Shown here piece by piece: positions 10,524-20,255 of a DNA stretch of 64,000 nt. Numbering within the stretch: the stretch's first letter is position 1; every line of letters begins with the position of its first letter. The translations under genes and the position numbers were made by a program. The notes beneath the pieces were generated by a model, which saw only the letters and a list, made by a program, of their open reading frames with translations, made no database searches and was not told the DNA's origin. Where the stretch lies: contig CAJWLU010000011.1 in assembly GCA_913043225.1 (NCBI GenBank), positions 1-64,000 on the forward strand, read 5' to 3'. Origin of the DNA: an uncultured Acidobacteriota bacterium (GTDB lineage: Bacteria > Acidobacteriota > Vicinamibacteria > Vicinamibacterales > UBA8438).

Positions 10524-12262
10524 GCAGGTGGGCACTTATCGTCGTCGCCGCGCTCTCGCTGGCCGGCGCGGTCCACGCGCAGGAGCGAGAGTTCACACCG
10601 GTGACCGACGCCGTCCTGCAGAGCCCGTCCAACGACGACTGGCTAATGTGGCGCCGCACTCTCGACGGTTGGGGGTACAGCCCACTCGATCAGGTCGACC
10701 GCACGAATGTCGGCGAGCTGCAGCTAGTCTGGACCCGCGCCCTGCCTGCCGGCGGCCGGCAGCAAGGAACCCCGCTGGTCTACGACGGGGTCCTGTACAT
10801 GCCTGGCCCGAACGACGTTATCCAGGCAATGGACGCAGCGACGGGCGACCTGATCTGGGAATACCGCCGCTCGCTGCCGGAAGACGCCTGTGAACGGATC
10901 CTGCCGGGCGTCTGCACGACCAACCGTAACCTGGCCATCTGGGACAACCTGATCATCGACACCAGCGTGGACGAGTACGTTTTCGCACTCGATGCCGAAA
11001 CGGGCGATCTCGTGTGGGAAACCCGAGTACTCGACTACCAAACGCACCCTGCCAACCAGAGCACTGGTCCCATCATCGCCAACGGCAAGGTGATCTCCGG
11101 CCGAAGCTGCATGCCCAGCGCCGGGCCAGATGCGTGTGTCATCACCGCGCACGATGCCCGCACCGGAGAAGAGATCTGGCGCCGACGCACGATACCTCGA
11201 CCCGGCGAGCCCGGTGACGAGACCTGGGGCGGGGTACCAGACGAGGAGCGCCGCCACGTCGGCACCTGGATGGCGCCGAGCTATGACCCCGACCTTAACC
11301 TCCTGTACATCGGGACGTCGGTCACCTCACCAGCTCCGAAGTTTCTGGTGGGAGGTTCAGACAACAGGCACCTCTATCACAACTCCACGCTCGCGCTGGA
11401 CGCCGACACCGGTGAGATCACGTGGTACTACCAGCATCTCAACGACCACTGGGACCTCGATCACCCATTCGAACGCTTGTTAGTGGACCTCGCCGTGCGA
11501 CCAGTTCCCTCTGCGGTGAGCTGGATCAATCCGCGACTCCGACCAGGCGAACGTCGACGGGTCATAACCGGTATCCCGGGCAAGACCGGCATCGTCTACA
11601 CCCTCGATCGGGAGACCGGAGAATTCCTCTGGGCAACACCCACGATTGCGCAGAACGTCGTGAGCTCGATTGACGGTGCTACTGGCGCAGTCACGGAGAA
11701 CAGCGAGCTGGTATTCACCGGCTTCGGACAGGACGTACTGACTTGCCCGACCGCCATGGGTGGCAAGGACTGGGAGGCGGGCGCCTATAGCCCACGCACC
11801 GGCATGATGTACATGCCACTCCGAAACGCCTGCGCGCGGATGGCGGCCCTCGACGACGGAGGTCGCTCACTCTACAGCCTAAACATGCGCAACGAGCTGG
11901 CGCCAGGCACCGACCAGCTGGGCGCGGTCTGGGCCATCTCGGCCGAGACCGGCGAAACCGCCTGGACCTGGGAGACGCGACCCGCCACGATGTCGCTCGT
12001 AGCCACCGGCGGTGGTCTGGTGTTCGTGGGTGACGTCAATGGCCGCTTCCGCGCGCACGACGACGAATCGGGCGACGTGCTCTGGGAGATCAACATCGGG
12101 TCACCCGTCAGCGGCTTCCCGGTCAGCTATGCCGTAGACGGGGTACAGTACGTGGTGGCAAGCACGGGGACCGGTGGCAACGCATCACGCTGGACCGCTA
12201 TGACCCCGGAGATCACGCCAAGTAGCGGCAACAACATCTTCGTGTTTGCGCTACCACAATAG
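10520..12262 (+). CDS. PQQ-binding beta-propeller dehydrogenase-like protein, divergent clade
   Basis: DWLMWRR, YSPLDQV, TPLVYDGVLY, repeated A.DA.TG...W blades, WDLD, GGKDW, TGGGLVF.GD, C-terminal IFVFALP. Confidence 0.9.
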   Translation: MSRWALIVVAALSLAGAVHAQEREFTPVTDAVLQSPSNDDWLMWRRTLDGWGYSPLDQVDRTNVGELQLVWTRALPAGGRQQGTPLVYDGVLYMPGPNDVIQAMDAATGDLIWEYRRSLPEDACERILPGVCTTNRNLAIWDNLIIDTSVDEYVFALDAETGDLVWETRVLDYQTHPANQSTGPIIANGKVISGRSCMPSAGPDACVITAHDARTGEEIWRRRTIPRPGEPGDETWGGVPDEERRHVGTWMAPSYDPDLNLLYIGTSVTSPAPKFLVGGSDNRHLYHNSTLALDADTGEITWYYQHLNDHWDLDHPFERLLVDLAVRPVPSAVSWINPRLRPGERRRVITGIPGKTGIVYTLDRETGEFLWATPTIAQNVVSSIDGATGAVTENSELVFTGFGQDVLTCPTAMGGKDWEAGAYSPRTGMMYMPLRNACARMAALDDGGRSLYSLNMRNELAPGTDQLGAVWAISAETGETAWTWETRPATMSLVATGGGLVFVGDVNGRFRAHDDESGDVLWEINIGSPVSGFPVSYAVDGVQYVVASTGTGGNASRWTAMTPEITPSSGNNIFVFALPQ

Positions 12263-12353
12263 GGGCGCGCGGCCGCTCCACCTCAGGAACGTCCAGGCCT
12301 ACACGAGAGGCGTGGTGTAACTGTCCTACAACATCTGGTGAGCTGACCCGCCT

Positions 12354-13685
12354 CTAGACGCCGGACAGCAACGGCAGCTGCCCGGTGCTGTCGCCGAACT
12401 TGTCGATCCGCACCCCAAACTTGTCGAGCAACGACAGTGACAGGTTCGCGAGGGGCGTGCCCTCGGGATAGACGAGGTGGCGGTTCCCCTCGAATCCACG
12501 TTCGGGGCCGCCGACGAGCACCACCGGCACGTTGTAGTTGTTGTGGGTATTGCCGTCGCTCATCCCGCTGCCGTACATCACGACCATCCCGTCGAGCAGG
12601 CTTCCGTCGCCATCCTCGATCGACTGGAGCTTGTCGAGGTAATAGGCCAGCGTATCCACGTGGTACACGTTGAGCTTGGTGAAGTCCTGCATCTTCTCGG
12701 GGTTGTTCCCGTGGTGCGACATCGAGTGATGCGCCTCGGGCAGTCCGATCTCGTTGTAGCTTCGGTTGATATTCTCGCGCGCCATCATGAAAGACGTCAC
12801 CCGGGTCACGTCGGCCTGAAACGCCAGCACCTGCAGATCGAACATCAGCTCGGCGTACTCGCGGAAGGTCTCGGGCACACCGACCGGGCGCTCGGGCACC
12901 TCGAAGTCGGCGTTGGTCGACTCAGCCCGCGAGATCCGCTGCTCGACGTCCCGGATCGATTCGAGATACTCACCCAGCTTGTTGCGATCGTGGCCGCCAA
13001 GCTTGGAGGCCAGCGCCGAGATTTCCTGGGTTAGCCCGTCGAGGATGCTGCGGTCCTCCTCTACCCGAACCGCCCGTTCCTCGGCGTTGTCGCCACTGCC
13101 GAACATCCGCTCGAAGACGAACCGCGGATTGGTTTCGGCCGGCAACGGCTGAGTCGGCGACTTCCATGACATCGAGTTCATGTAAGCGCACGCATAGCCA
13201 TGGTCGCACGCTCCAACCACATCGTTCCGATCAACCGACACCTCGAGCGACGGGAGCTTCGAGTCTCGGCAGATCAGCTCGGCGATCATCTGGTCGACGG
13301 TCGTCCCAGCCTCGACATCAGCGCCCTCGGTCTGCTTTGGGTGCACCGAACTCATGAAGGCGGGAGCCGCGCGGGGATGCTGTCCGCCCGTGTCGCCCTG
13401 GTCGGTGGCGGGATAGTTGTCGAGCCCGCTGAACACCAACAGCCGCTCCCTGTAGCGCTCCAGCGGTCGCATGATCGGAGACAGCTCGAACCCCGCCCCC
13501 TCCGTCGGCGGCGTGAAGTCGAACATATTCATGCCGTTACCAACATAGACGGCCGCGAACCGCGGCGTACTGGGCGCCCGTGCCGACATGGCCGGCACCA
13601 TCGCGTCGAGGAAAGGCAGGGCCAGCGTTGCGCCCACGCCACGCAGGAACGTCCGCCGCGGAAGGGTCATCTTGGTGATCACCAT
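12354..13685 (-). CDS. DUF1552 domain protein (Tat signal)
   Basis: LPRRTFLRGVGATLALPFLDAM; TVDQ, SLE, CDHGYACAY, F.RMFG, SILD, HH.MSHH, YGSGMSDGN.H motifs. Confidence 0.92.
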   Translation of the reverse strand: MVITKMTLPRRTFLRGVGATLALPFLDAMVPAMSARAPSTPRFAAVYVGNGMNMFDFTPPTEGAGFELSPIMRPLERYRERLLVFSGLDNYPATDQGDTGGQHPRAAPAFMSSVHPKQTEGADVEAGTTVDQMIAELICRDSKLPSLEVSVDRNDVVGACDHGYACAYMNSMSWKSPTQPLPAETNPRFVFERMFGSGDNAEERAVRVEEDRSILDGLTQEISALASKLGGHDRNKLGEYLESIRDVEQRISRAESTNADFEVPERPVGVPETFREYAELMFDLQVLAFQADVTRVTSFMMARENINRSYNEIGLPEAHHSMSHHGNNPEKMQDFTKLNVYHVDTLAYYLDKLQSIEDGDGSLLDGMVVMYGSGMSDGNTHNNYNVPVVLVGGPERGFEGNRHLVYPEGTPLANLSLSLLDKFGVRIDKFGDSTGQLPLLSGV

Positions 13686-13714
13686 GTCTCGGTCCTCGTC
13701 CTACCGATTATCTG

Positions 13715-16096
13715 TCAATTCGCCGGTCTCTCGGCCGCCGTTCTCCACTGGAAGGGCACGCTAGCCACTACACGCTGAACGAGCGCCTCGAACCGATGGT
13801 CGTCCGCGGCAGCCTCGCGCTTGATCCGTCGCACAACGGCCGCATCGGTTGGCTCCAATCCACGCCCTAGCGCGTAGGTCAGCAACCGTTCAGTGGCGGT
13901 CGTCAGAAACTCTTCGGAGTGATTGAGTAGCAGCGCCCGCAATTCACCCGGCCCATCAAAAGTAGTGCCGTCGGGGAATTCAGCCGAAGCATCGATCGAC
14001 AGCCCGGAGGCGTAGATGTCGCGCCACTCGCCAATAGCGTCGAAGTTCTCGAGCGCAAAACCTAACTGGTCCATCTGGGCATGGCAGGCGGCACACACCG
14101 GGTTCGCGCGGTGCGCGGCCATCTGCTCCCTCATCGGCAGCACCTTACGCGGATCACGCTCCTCCACCAGATCGGGCACGTTTGGCGGCGGAGGAGGAGG
14201 CGGGGCGCCGAGGATGTTCTCCATGATCCACTTGCCCCTGATGACCGGTGAGGTCCGGTTCGACCGCGACGTGCCGGTCAACACCGACCCGTGGCCCAGC
14301 AGTCCCCGTCTCACGCTGTCGGGCGGCAGGCTAACCCGTCTGAATCGTTCGCCCTGCACGCCGGGAATCCCGTAGTGGCGGGCAAGACGCTCGTTCAGGA
14401 ACGTGTAGTCAGCATCCAGTAGCTCGAGCACGCTCCGGTTTTCGCGGACGATGCTCCCGAAAAACAGCTTAGTCTCCTGCTCGAACGCCAGTCGCAGGTT
14501 GTCGTCGAATCGGAAGAGCAGCTCGGGGCTCGGCTGGAGTCCTGACACATTGCGCGTGTGCAGCCACTGCCCCGCGAAGTTGTCGACCAGCGCCTGAGAC
14601 CGAGGGTCAGCCAACATGCGACGGACCTGGGTCGCGAGCACGTCCGGCTCACTCAAGCCTTCGGCCGCTGCCACGTCCAGCAATTCGTCATCCGGCACCG
14701 TGCTCCACAGGAAGAACGCGAGTCTGGACGCCAATTCGAGGTCAGAGATGCGGTAGGTGCTTTCGGGTGCCGCCCACGCTGGCTGGTCTTCGAATCGAAA
14801 CAGGAAGCTCGGACTGACCAGGATGCCTCGGAGCGCCAACTCGACGCCTGCCTCGAACCCGCCGCGCTCGGCACCTTCGCGATACAGTCGGAGCGGAACA
14901 ATGAGATCGGCGGCGGTGACCGGCCGGCGGTAAGCGCGACGGGCGAGCGTGGAGAGGACCTCCTCCGCGCACGGCGCCTCTTCGGCCGCGGTGAGGGGCG
15001 CGCAGGTCAGCAGCCGGCGGCGGCTTTCGGTGTCGCCCACCGAAGCCGTCCCCTGAAACGGTCCCGTGATTGTCACACTCGACACCACCGGCTCACCGTT
15101 TGGCGCGCGGTAGGGATCGCGCCGGAGATCGGGGTCGAACAGGTCCTCGACATAGGCCGACGTCTTCGCCTTAAATGCCACCTGAACGAGATGGCTACCC
15201 GCCGTCACGCGCGCCCGGAACCGCAGCCCTTCCAGAATTCGACGGTTCCGTTCGTCACCTCTAAGCCCCTCAGGGCGCACGACCGTGCCCGACCAGACGA
15301 GGTCGTCGTCCAGCCGGACGTCGAGCTGGTGCGGTTCGGCGGTCACGCCTTCGAACCCGCCCGCCACCCCGCTCTCCTTGGGCCGCATCTGGAACTCGTA
15401 CTCGCCGTCGGCCGAGAAGTAGTACCGGAACGCGGTGCCCCCGCGAGAACCGAACGGCAGGTCGTCGCTGATCCGCCGCCCCTGGTCGCGATCGGTCGGG
15501 ACGAAGATCGTCTCTGGCGCCGGAGCACCTCTGGGCCGACCGAGCGCCAGCTGGCTCACCCGGGCCGCCGCGCCGAGGTAGCGCTCGGTCAGAGCCGAGG
15601 AGAGCGTCAAGGCGTCAGCGTTATTGTCGAAACCGTAGGCGGCGTTGTCGGCTGGCAGCAACGACACGTCGATGTCGACCGCCAACAGATCGCGGACGGC
15701 GTTGCGATACTCGGTGCGATTCAGACGATGCAAGGTCGGCCGCCCGGGCACGGGACGCTCGGCCACGGCACGATCCAGTTCACCTTCCAGCCACGTCACC
15801 AGCCGATCGGCCGCCTCGGGTGCGGGTCGCGGTCGCCCGAGGGGCGGCATCGCACCCGTACGTAACTTCCGGACAACCGCCTCCCAGATCTCGGGGTGGC
15901 CGCCCACCTCTGTCAGTTCCTGGACGTCTAGGGCCAGCCCTCCGGTGCGAGCCTGGTCGTTGTGGCAGGCAAAGCAGTACTGCCGCAGCAGTCGACCGTG
16001 AGCCTCTTCGTCGTCTCCCTGGGCTACGGCCGTGGCGCTCGCCGTCAAGGCCACCCCGCCTACTATCACCGACCAGATCGCTACAGGTATCTTCAC
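13715..16096 (-). CDS. DUF1592/1588/1587/1595/1585 cytochrome c-type protein
   Basis: CFACH and CAACH heme motifs; RLNRTEYRN, GFDN, ELASRLAFFLW, NFAGQWL, TSPVIRGKW, GFALENFDAIG; GTG start overlaps the ankyrin stop. Confidence 0.92.
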   Translation of the reverse strand: MKIPVAIWSVIVGGVALTASATAVAQGDDEEAHGRLLRQYCFACHNDQARTGGLALDVQELTEVGGHPEIWEAVVRKLRTGAMPPLGRPRPAPEAADRLVTWLEGELDRAVAERPVPGRPTLHRLNRTEYRNAVRDLLAVDIDVSLLPADNAAYGFDNNADALTLSSALTERYLGAAARVSQLALGRPRGAPAPETIFVPTDRDQGRRISDDLPFGSRGGTAFRYYFSADGEYEFQMRPKESGVAGGFEGVTAEPHQLDVRLDDDLVWSGTVVRPEGLRGDERNRRILEGLRFRARVTAGSHLVQVAFKAKTSAYVEDLFDPDLRRDPYRAPNGEPVVSSVTITGPFQGTASVGDTESRRRLLTCAPLTAAEEAPCAEEVLSTLARRAYRRPVTAADLIVPLRLYREGAERGGFEAGVELALRGILVSPSFLFRFEDQPAWAAPESTYRISDLELASRLAFFLWSTVPDDELLDVAAAEGLSEPDVLATQVRRMLADPRSQALVDNFAGQWLHTRNVSGLQPSPELLFRFDDNLRLAFEQETKLFFGSIVRENRSVLELLDADYTFLNERLARHYGIPGVQGERFRRVSLPPDSVRRGLLGHGSVLTGTSRSNRTSPVIRGKWIMENILGAPPPPPPPNVPDLVEERDPRKVLPMREQMAAHRANPVCAACHAQMDQLGFALENFDAIGEWRDIYASGLSIDASAEFPDGTTFDGPGELRALLLNHSEEFLTTATERLLTYALGRGLEPTDAAVVRRIKREAAADDHRFEALVQRVVASVPFQWRTAAERPAN

Positions 16097-17676
16097 TGAC
16101 GGCGCTCCTTGGCCTGCCGCACCAACTCGTCCGGGATGGGCGCCGCGCACGGCGCCGGACACTCGATCTCCTGGGCGCCGAGCTCGCGCAACAACTCCGC
16201 GGTGTGAGGATGAGTCGCGAACGAGTTGCCGTACTCGACCCCATCGGCCACACGAAGCGGCGTCCGCCCATCCAGGGCCACCACGTCCAGCGCTGCCCCC
16301 TCGTCGAAGAGATACTGCACGACGCTGTTGGCTCCGCGATAGGCGGCGGCGTGCATCGCGGTCTCCCCCACGTCGCTGGCGACGTTCACGTCGGCCCCGA
16401 GCTCCTCGACGATGAGCTTCACCGCCTCGAGAACTTGCGCTTCGCTGGCGCGCTCCTGGTTCGAGGCCCAGGAGACCCCGGCGGCAGCCATCAGCGGCGT
16501 GATGTTATCCTCGCTGTAGATGCTCGGATCAGCCCCGTAAGCGAGCAGCAGTCGCATCGCCTCTACGTCGGCCACCTTAGCCGCATAGAGGAACGCCGTT
16601 CCTCCGGTCATGTGACGTCGGTATCGAGCACCCGACCAGCGCGGCTCCTCCATCGTGTTGCGAGCATTCACCTCTGCACCAGCGTCGAGCAGCGCGCGCA
16701 TAATCCGGAGTCGGTCCAGGTTGACCGACACGAACTGATCACTGATATGCCAGTTGGCGACGTGGACCGCCGACTGGAGCGGCCGACCGAAGATGTTGCC
16801 TCGACGCACCGCTTCGTTGTCAGCCTCGCCGTAGCCCAGCGTCCGTATCTCCAGCGGCATCGGCTGCGCCCGCATGCCCTGGACCGTCAGCCGGGTAGAG
16901 CCTCCTTCGGCGTTCGGATCGGCACCGGCGGCCAGTAGCAGGTCCACCAGGTCCTCGTAGCCGTTGACCACGGCCACCAGCAGCGCGGTGGCCCCGTCGG
17001 GCCTGGATTCGTTGACGTCGGCACCCGCGGCAAGCAACGCCTCGACCGCCGGGACGCTGCCTTTTCGAGTCGCGAACAGCAGTGCACCCGCGCCGCTGTT
17101 CGATCGGAGGGTGATGTCGGCGCCCCGTTCGATAAGACGCGCCACCACCCCGGCTTGCCCTTCCGCGCCGGCCCACATCAACGACGACTGACCGTTCCAG
17201 GTCTCCTGCGCATCGATGTCGGCGCCGGCATCGAGCAGCACGTCGATGGCGTCCAGTTGCCCAGAACGGGTGGCGGCCAGCAACGGGGTCTCGCCAGCGT
17301 TCACCGCATGACGCGGGTCGTTCGGGTCGAGACCGGCATCGAGCAGACGCTGCAGGAGGCCAGCGTGTCCTTGCCGCGCGGCCAGCGCGAAAGGCGTAAC
17401 GCCGTAGTCATTGGCGGCCTCGACATCGGCCCCGGCGTCGATCAAGAGGGCCACCAACTCTTGCTGCTCGCGGTAGACAGCCCAATGGAGCGCGGTGGCG
17501 CCGTCGCCCTGAACGGCGGTCACGTCGGCGCCCTCAGCGATGAGAGCCCGCACGGCGGCCAAATCGCCCCGCTCGGCGGCGTCCGGGACCGGCGTCTGAG
17601 CGGCCGCTCCGTCAGCTGCCGACAGCGCGAGGCCAATCACAAGGCTCGACAGCCGTCGAAACAGTCGACTCGGCAT
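16093..17676 (-). CDS. Secreted ankyrin repeat protein
   Basis: Signal peptide and many G.TALH.A / LL..GADVN ankyrin repeats. Confidence 0.92.
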   Translation of the reverse strand: MPSRLFRRLSSLVIGLALSAADGAAAQTPVPDAAERGDLAAVRALIAEGADVTAVQGDGATALHWAVYREQQELVALLIDAGADVEAANDYGVTPFALAARQGHAGLLQRLLDAGLDPNDPRHAVNAGETPLLAATRSGQLDAIDVLLDAGADIDAQETWNGQSSLMWAGAEGQAGVVARLIERGADITLRSNSGAGALLFATRKGSVPAVEALLAAGADVNESRPDGATALLVAVVNGYEDLVDLLLAAGADPNAEGGSTRLTVQGMRAQPMPLEIRTLGYGEADNEAVRRGNIFGRPLQSAVHVANWHISDQFVSVNLDRLRIMRALLDAGAEVNARNTMEEPRWSGARYRRHMTGGTAFLYAAKVADVEAMRLLLAYGADPSIYSEDNITPLMAAAGVSWASNQERASEAQVLEAVKLIVEELGADVNVASDVGETAMHAAAYRGANSVVQYLFDEGAALDVVALDGRTPLRVADGVEYGNSFATHPHTAELLRELGAQEIECPAPCAAPIPDELVRQAKERRQ

Positions 17677-17707
17677 AAATTGGCTCGGTGAAGTAATTGA
17701 GATTCTA

Positions 17708-19054
17708 CTACCCGACCAACCCGAACAGCCACTCATAGAGGTAGAGCGACGCGACTGCGACCGGCAGCAGCGTTAGGCTGAACGGGAGGTTGGCCCGACC
17801 AAGGGCCCAGTTGCTTGCGCCATACCGGCTCGATAGCACGAGATTAATGCCCGACATCGGGTTGACGGCACACCCCAACCCCCACGCCATCGCGAACATG
17901 ACCGCCACGAAGCTGGCATCGTGTTCGATGGCCGGGAGCAGCGGTACCATCACGCTGAGCAGCACGATCGGGTGGATGCAAGCCAGTGACGTCAGGATGC
18001 AGCCGACCAGAATGAGGCTGCCATTCCAGGCGCCGATGCGATCGAAGGGCACCCACCCGCCGGTCGAGGCGAATACGGCGACCAGCCCCGCCCCTAGGAC
18101 ACCGGCGCCCAGAAATAAGGCGAGCTCGCCTCCCATCTGCGGCAGACGCAGCGAGACATAGTCGACCAGGGCTGCGCGCGTCCCGGCGAACCCGCCACGA
18201 AGCAGGAGCGCCCCGCCTCCCACCAGCGGCGCCAGAACGGTGATGAGGGTCAACACCGTATACCCGGTGGTCGTGGCATACGCGGTGAGCACCGCGGTCC
18301 CCAGAACCAAAGGGAGCCACAGGCTCTCGTAGTGCACCGGATACCCCCGAAAGTTATCGATATCATCCACACGCCCGCTGCGGCCGTACCAGACGAGCAG
18401 CCCGAGTGCGGCCATCGCCACAGGACCTCCGAAGGCCAGCAGCAGTAACGGATTCGATCCCGGCGTATAGGCCAGAGCCAGCGCCACGCCGCCGATGAAT
18501 GGCGAGTAGAAGGCCACTGCAGTAAACGACCGACTGAGTAGCTCGGCCTGATTGAGCCGGAGCGGCGCCTCACGCGACAGCCGGTCCGCCATCAGGATGA
18601 CGGCTGAGATGTTGATGACCGCCCCGAACAGATGCACACCGAACAGGCTCTGCAGATAGGTGCCGAACCCGCGGGGCAGCTCAGGCTCTTCGTCACTCAA
18701 GGGCGCGTTGAGGAGCCGGAGCAGCGTGATACCGGCCAGCATCGACAGAATTGGCTGGTTCTGGCCTAGGGTCCGCTCCAGGTCAAGCGGCACGCCTCGA
18801 CCGAACGCCCACAACAGCATCACGGCGCCCGCCGCCACAAAGGCGATAGTCTGCCACCGCTGCTGCCGCCGGACGCCGGACCAGAGTACAGCCAGCGCCG
18901 CCCACGCCAGAAGAGGAGCCGCAAGTGGCGACACAAGCGGCCAAAACGTCGCCGCGAGGCTGACGAGGAGCATCGTCACCAAACAAACTCCTGCCGTTGG
19001 CGGGGCGCGGACGGCGGCAGGCAGGCTCGCGCCCGGGGTCGACTGGCCAGACAT
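17708..19054 (-). CDS. Polytopic membrane protein, putative transporter
   Basis: About 12 hydrophobic segments; HLFGAVINISA, FYSPF, PMSG motifs. Confidence 0.6.
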   Translation of the reverse strand: MSGQSTPGASLPAAVRAPPTAGVCLVTMLLVSLAATFWPLVSPLAAPLLAWAALAVLWSGVRRQQRWQTIAFVAAGAVMLLWAFGRGVPLDLERTLGQNQPILSMLAGITLLRLLNAPLSDEEPELPRGFGTYLQSLFGVHLFGAVINISAVILMADRLSREAPLRLNQAELLSRSFTAVAFYSPFIGGVALALAYTPGSNPLLLLAFGGPVAMAALGLLVWYGRSGRVDDIDNFRGYPVHYESLWLPLVLGTAVLTAYATTTGYTVLTLITVLAPLVGGGALLLRGGFAGTRAALVDYVSLRLPQMGGELALFLGAGVLGAGLVAVFASTGGWVPFDRIGAWNGSLILVGCILTSLACIHPIVLLSVMVPLLPAIEHDASFVAVMFAMAWGLGCAVNPMSGINLVLSSRYGASNWALGRANLPFSLTLLPVAVASLYLYEWLFGLVG

Positions 19055-19171
19055 TGAAGGCTATTGTTCCGCGCGCACCGAGCTGGCGCGCGGCGCTCCG
19101 GACCGGTGGAGCGACGGAGGAACCAGCACCAGTATACCTGGCGCGACGCGCTTCACTTGTACGACGGCCGG

Positions 19172-19339
19172 GTGAACCTCATCCGGTTCCAGACCCTATC
19201 CAAGTCGTTCGACCGGCGCCCCGTGCTGCATGACGTCTTCTTGCGGCTCGCCAGGAAGGAACGGGTCGGACTGATCGGCAAGAACGGCTCAGGCAAGACC
19301 ATCTGGCAACAGAGCCAGACACCGCACGCAGACCGATGA
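19172..19339 (+). pseudogene. ABC-F/ABC ATPase N-terminal remnant
   Basis: VNLIRFQTLSKSF..VL.DV.L....ERVGLIGKNGSGKT, then similarity ends and a stop follows 12 codons after Walker A. Confidence 0.75.
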
Positions 19340-19357
19340 GGGCGTAGAATGCCTGGC

Positions 19358-20248
19358 ATGCTGACACGACGCGCGATGTTGCTCTCGCCCTTGGCTCTCG
19401 CCGCGGCCAGGACGACGTCCTTCGCCCAGGGTGGCATGACCCTGGCCATGCACCAGAACACGTCCTCTGGAGCCGGCTACCGGGGGTCGCTTGAAGGCTG
19501 GGCCCGGGCCGGCATCCAGTACGTCGAGCTGAACGTGGGCCTTGTGGACCAGTTTCTGGAGACCGACACCATGGCTGCCGCCCGTCGGGTACTAACCGAC
19601 AACGGCCTCACTCCGGTCTCTGGTTCGGTCGGTGTAGGAAGTCTATGGGAGCCAAGTCCAGACAACGCCGCAGCCCTTGATACGCTACGACGACGGTGCG
19701 AAATGTTTGCCGAGCTAGGTCTCGAGAAGGTATACGGGTCAACCGGAGCCAGCGGTAACTACACCGAAGCGGACTACGACACGGCGGTGGACAACGTCCG
19801 CCAAGCCGGTGAGGTCGCGGCGGAATTCGACCAGCTGATGATGATCGAGTTCATCCGCAACTCGACTTTTATCTCGACCCTCACCACAACGCTCCGCCTC
19901 ACCCGAGCGGCGGGCAACGTGCGGCCTATGCTCGACTTCTACCACTTCCTCACCGGGCTGAGTCAGCTTGGCGACCTCGACTTGCTGCGGCCCGGAGAGA
20001 TTGCCCACGTACACTTCCAGGATGTCCCTAATGTGCCGCGCGAGCTGCTGACCGGCCAGACACGGGCCATCCCAGGCACCGGCATCGCACCGCTAACCCA
20101 GGTGCTCCGCACCTTACAGGACAAGGACTACGCAGGCCCGCTTTCGGTCGAGCTCTTCCTGTATCAGCAGGATGACCCGTACGAAATGGCACGCCAGACC
20201 CGCGAGAGTGCCGAACCGGTCATGCGAGAGGCGGGCGTGTTACGGTGA
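19358..20248 (+). CDS. Tat-exported sugar phosphate isomerase/epimerase (xylose isomerase-like TIM barrel)
   Basis: MLTRRAML signal; metal ligands in IEF, LDFYH, HVHFQD, SVELF; IPG.G motif. Alternative ATG at 19349. Confidence 0.88.
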   Translation: MLTRRAMLLSPLALAAARTTSFAQGGMTLAMHQNTSSGAGYRGSLEGWARAGIQYVELNVGLVDQFLETDTMAAARRVLTDNGLTPVSGSVGVGSLWEPSPDNAAALDTLRRRCEMFAELGLEKVYGSTGASGNYTEADYDTAVDNVRQAGEVAAEFDQLMMIEFIRNSTFISTLTTTLRLTRAAGNVRPMLDFYHFLTGLSQLGDLDLLRPGEIAHVHFQDVPNVPRELLTGQTRAIPGTGIAPLTQVLRTLQDKDYAGPLSVELFLYQQDDPYEMARQTRESAEPVMREAGVLR

Positions 20249-20255
20249 TGCCGCT

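Noticed and set aside
14558..16938. Long plus-strand ORFs (435 and 372 aa) opposite the DUF1592 and ankyrin genes; similar cases at 7844, 25359 and 38196
   Set aside because: Shadow frames of GC-rich genes; Arg/Pro-rich with no motifs.
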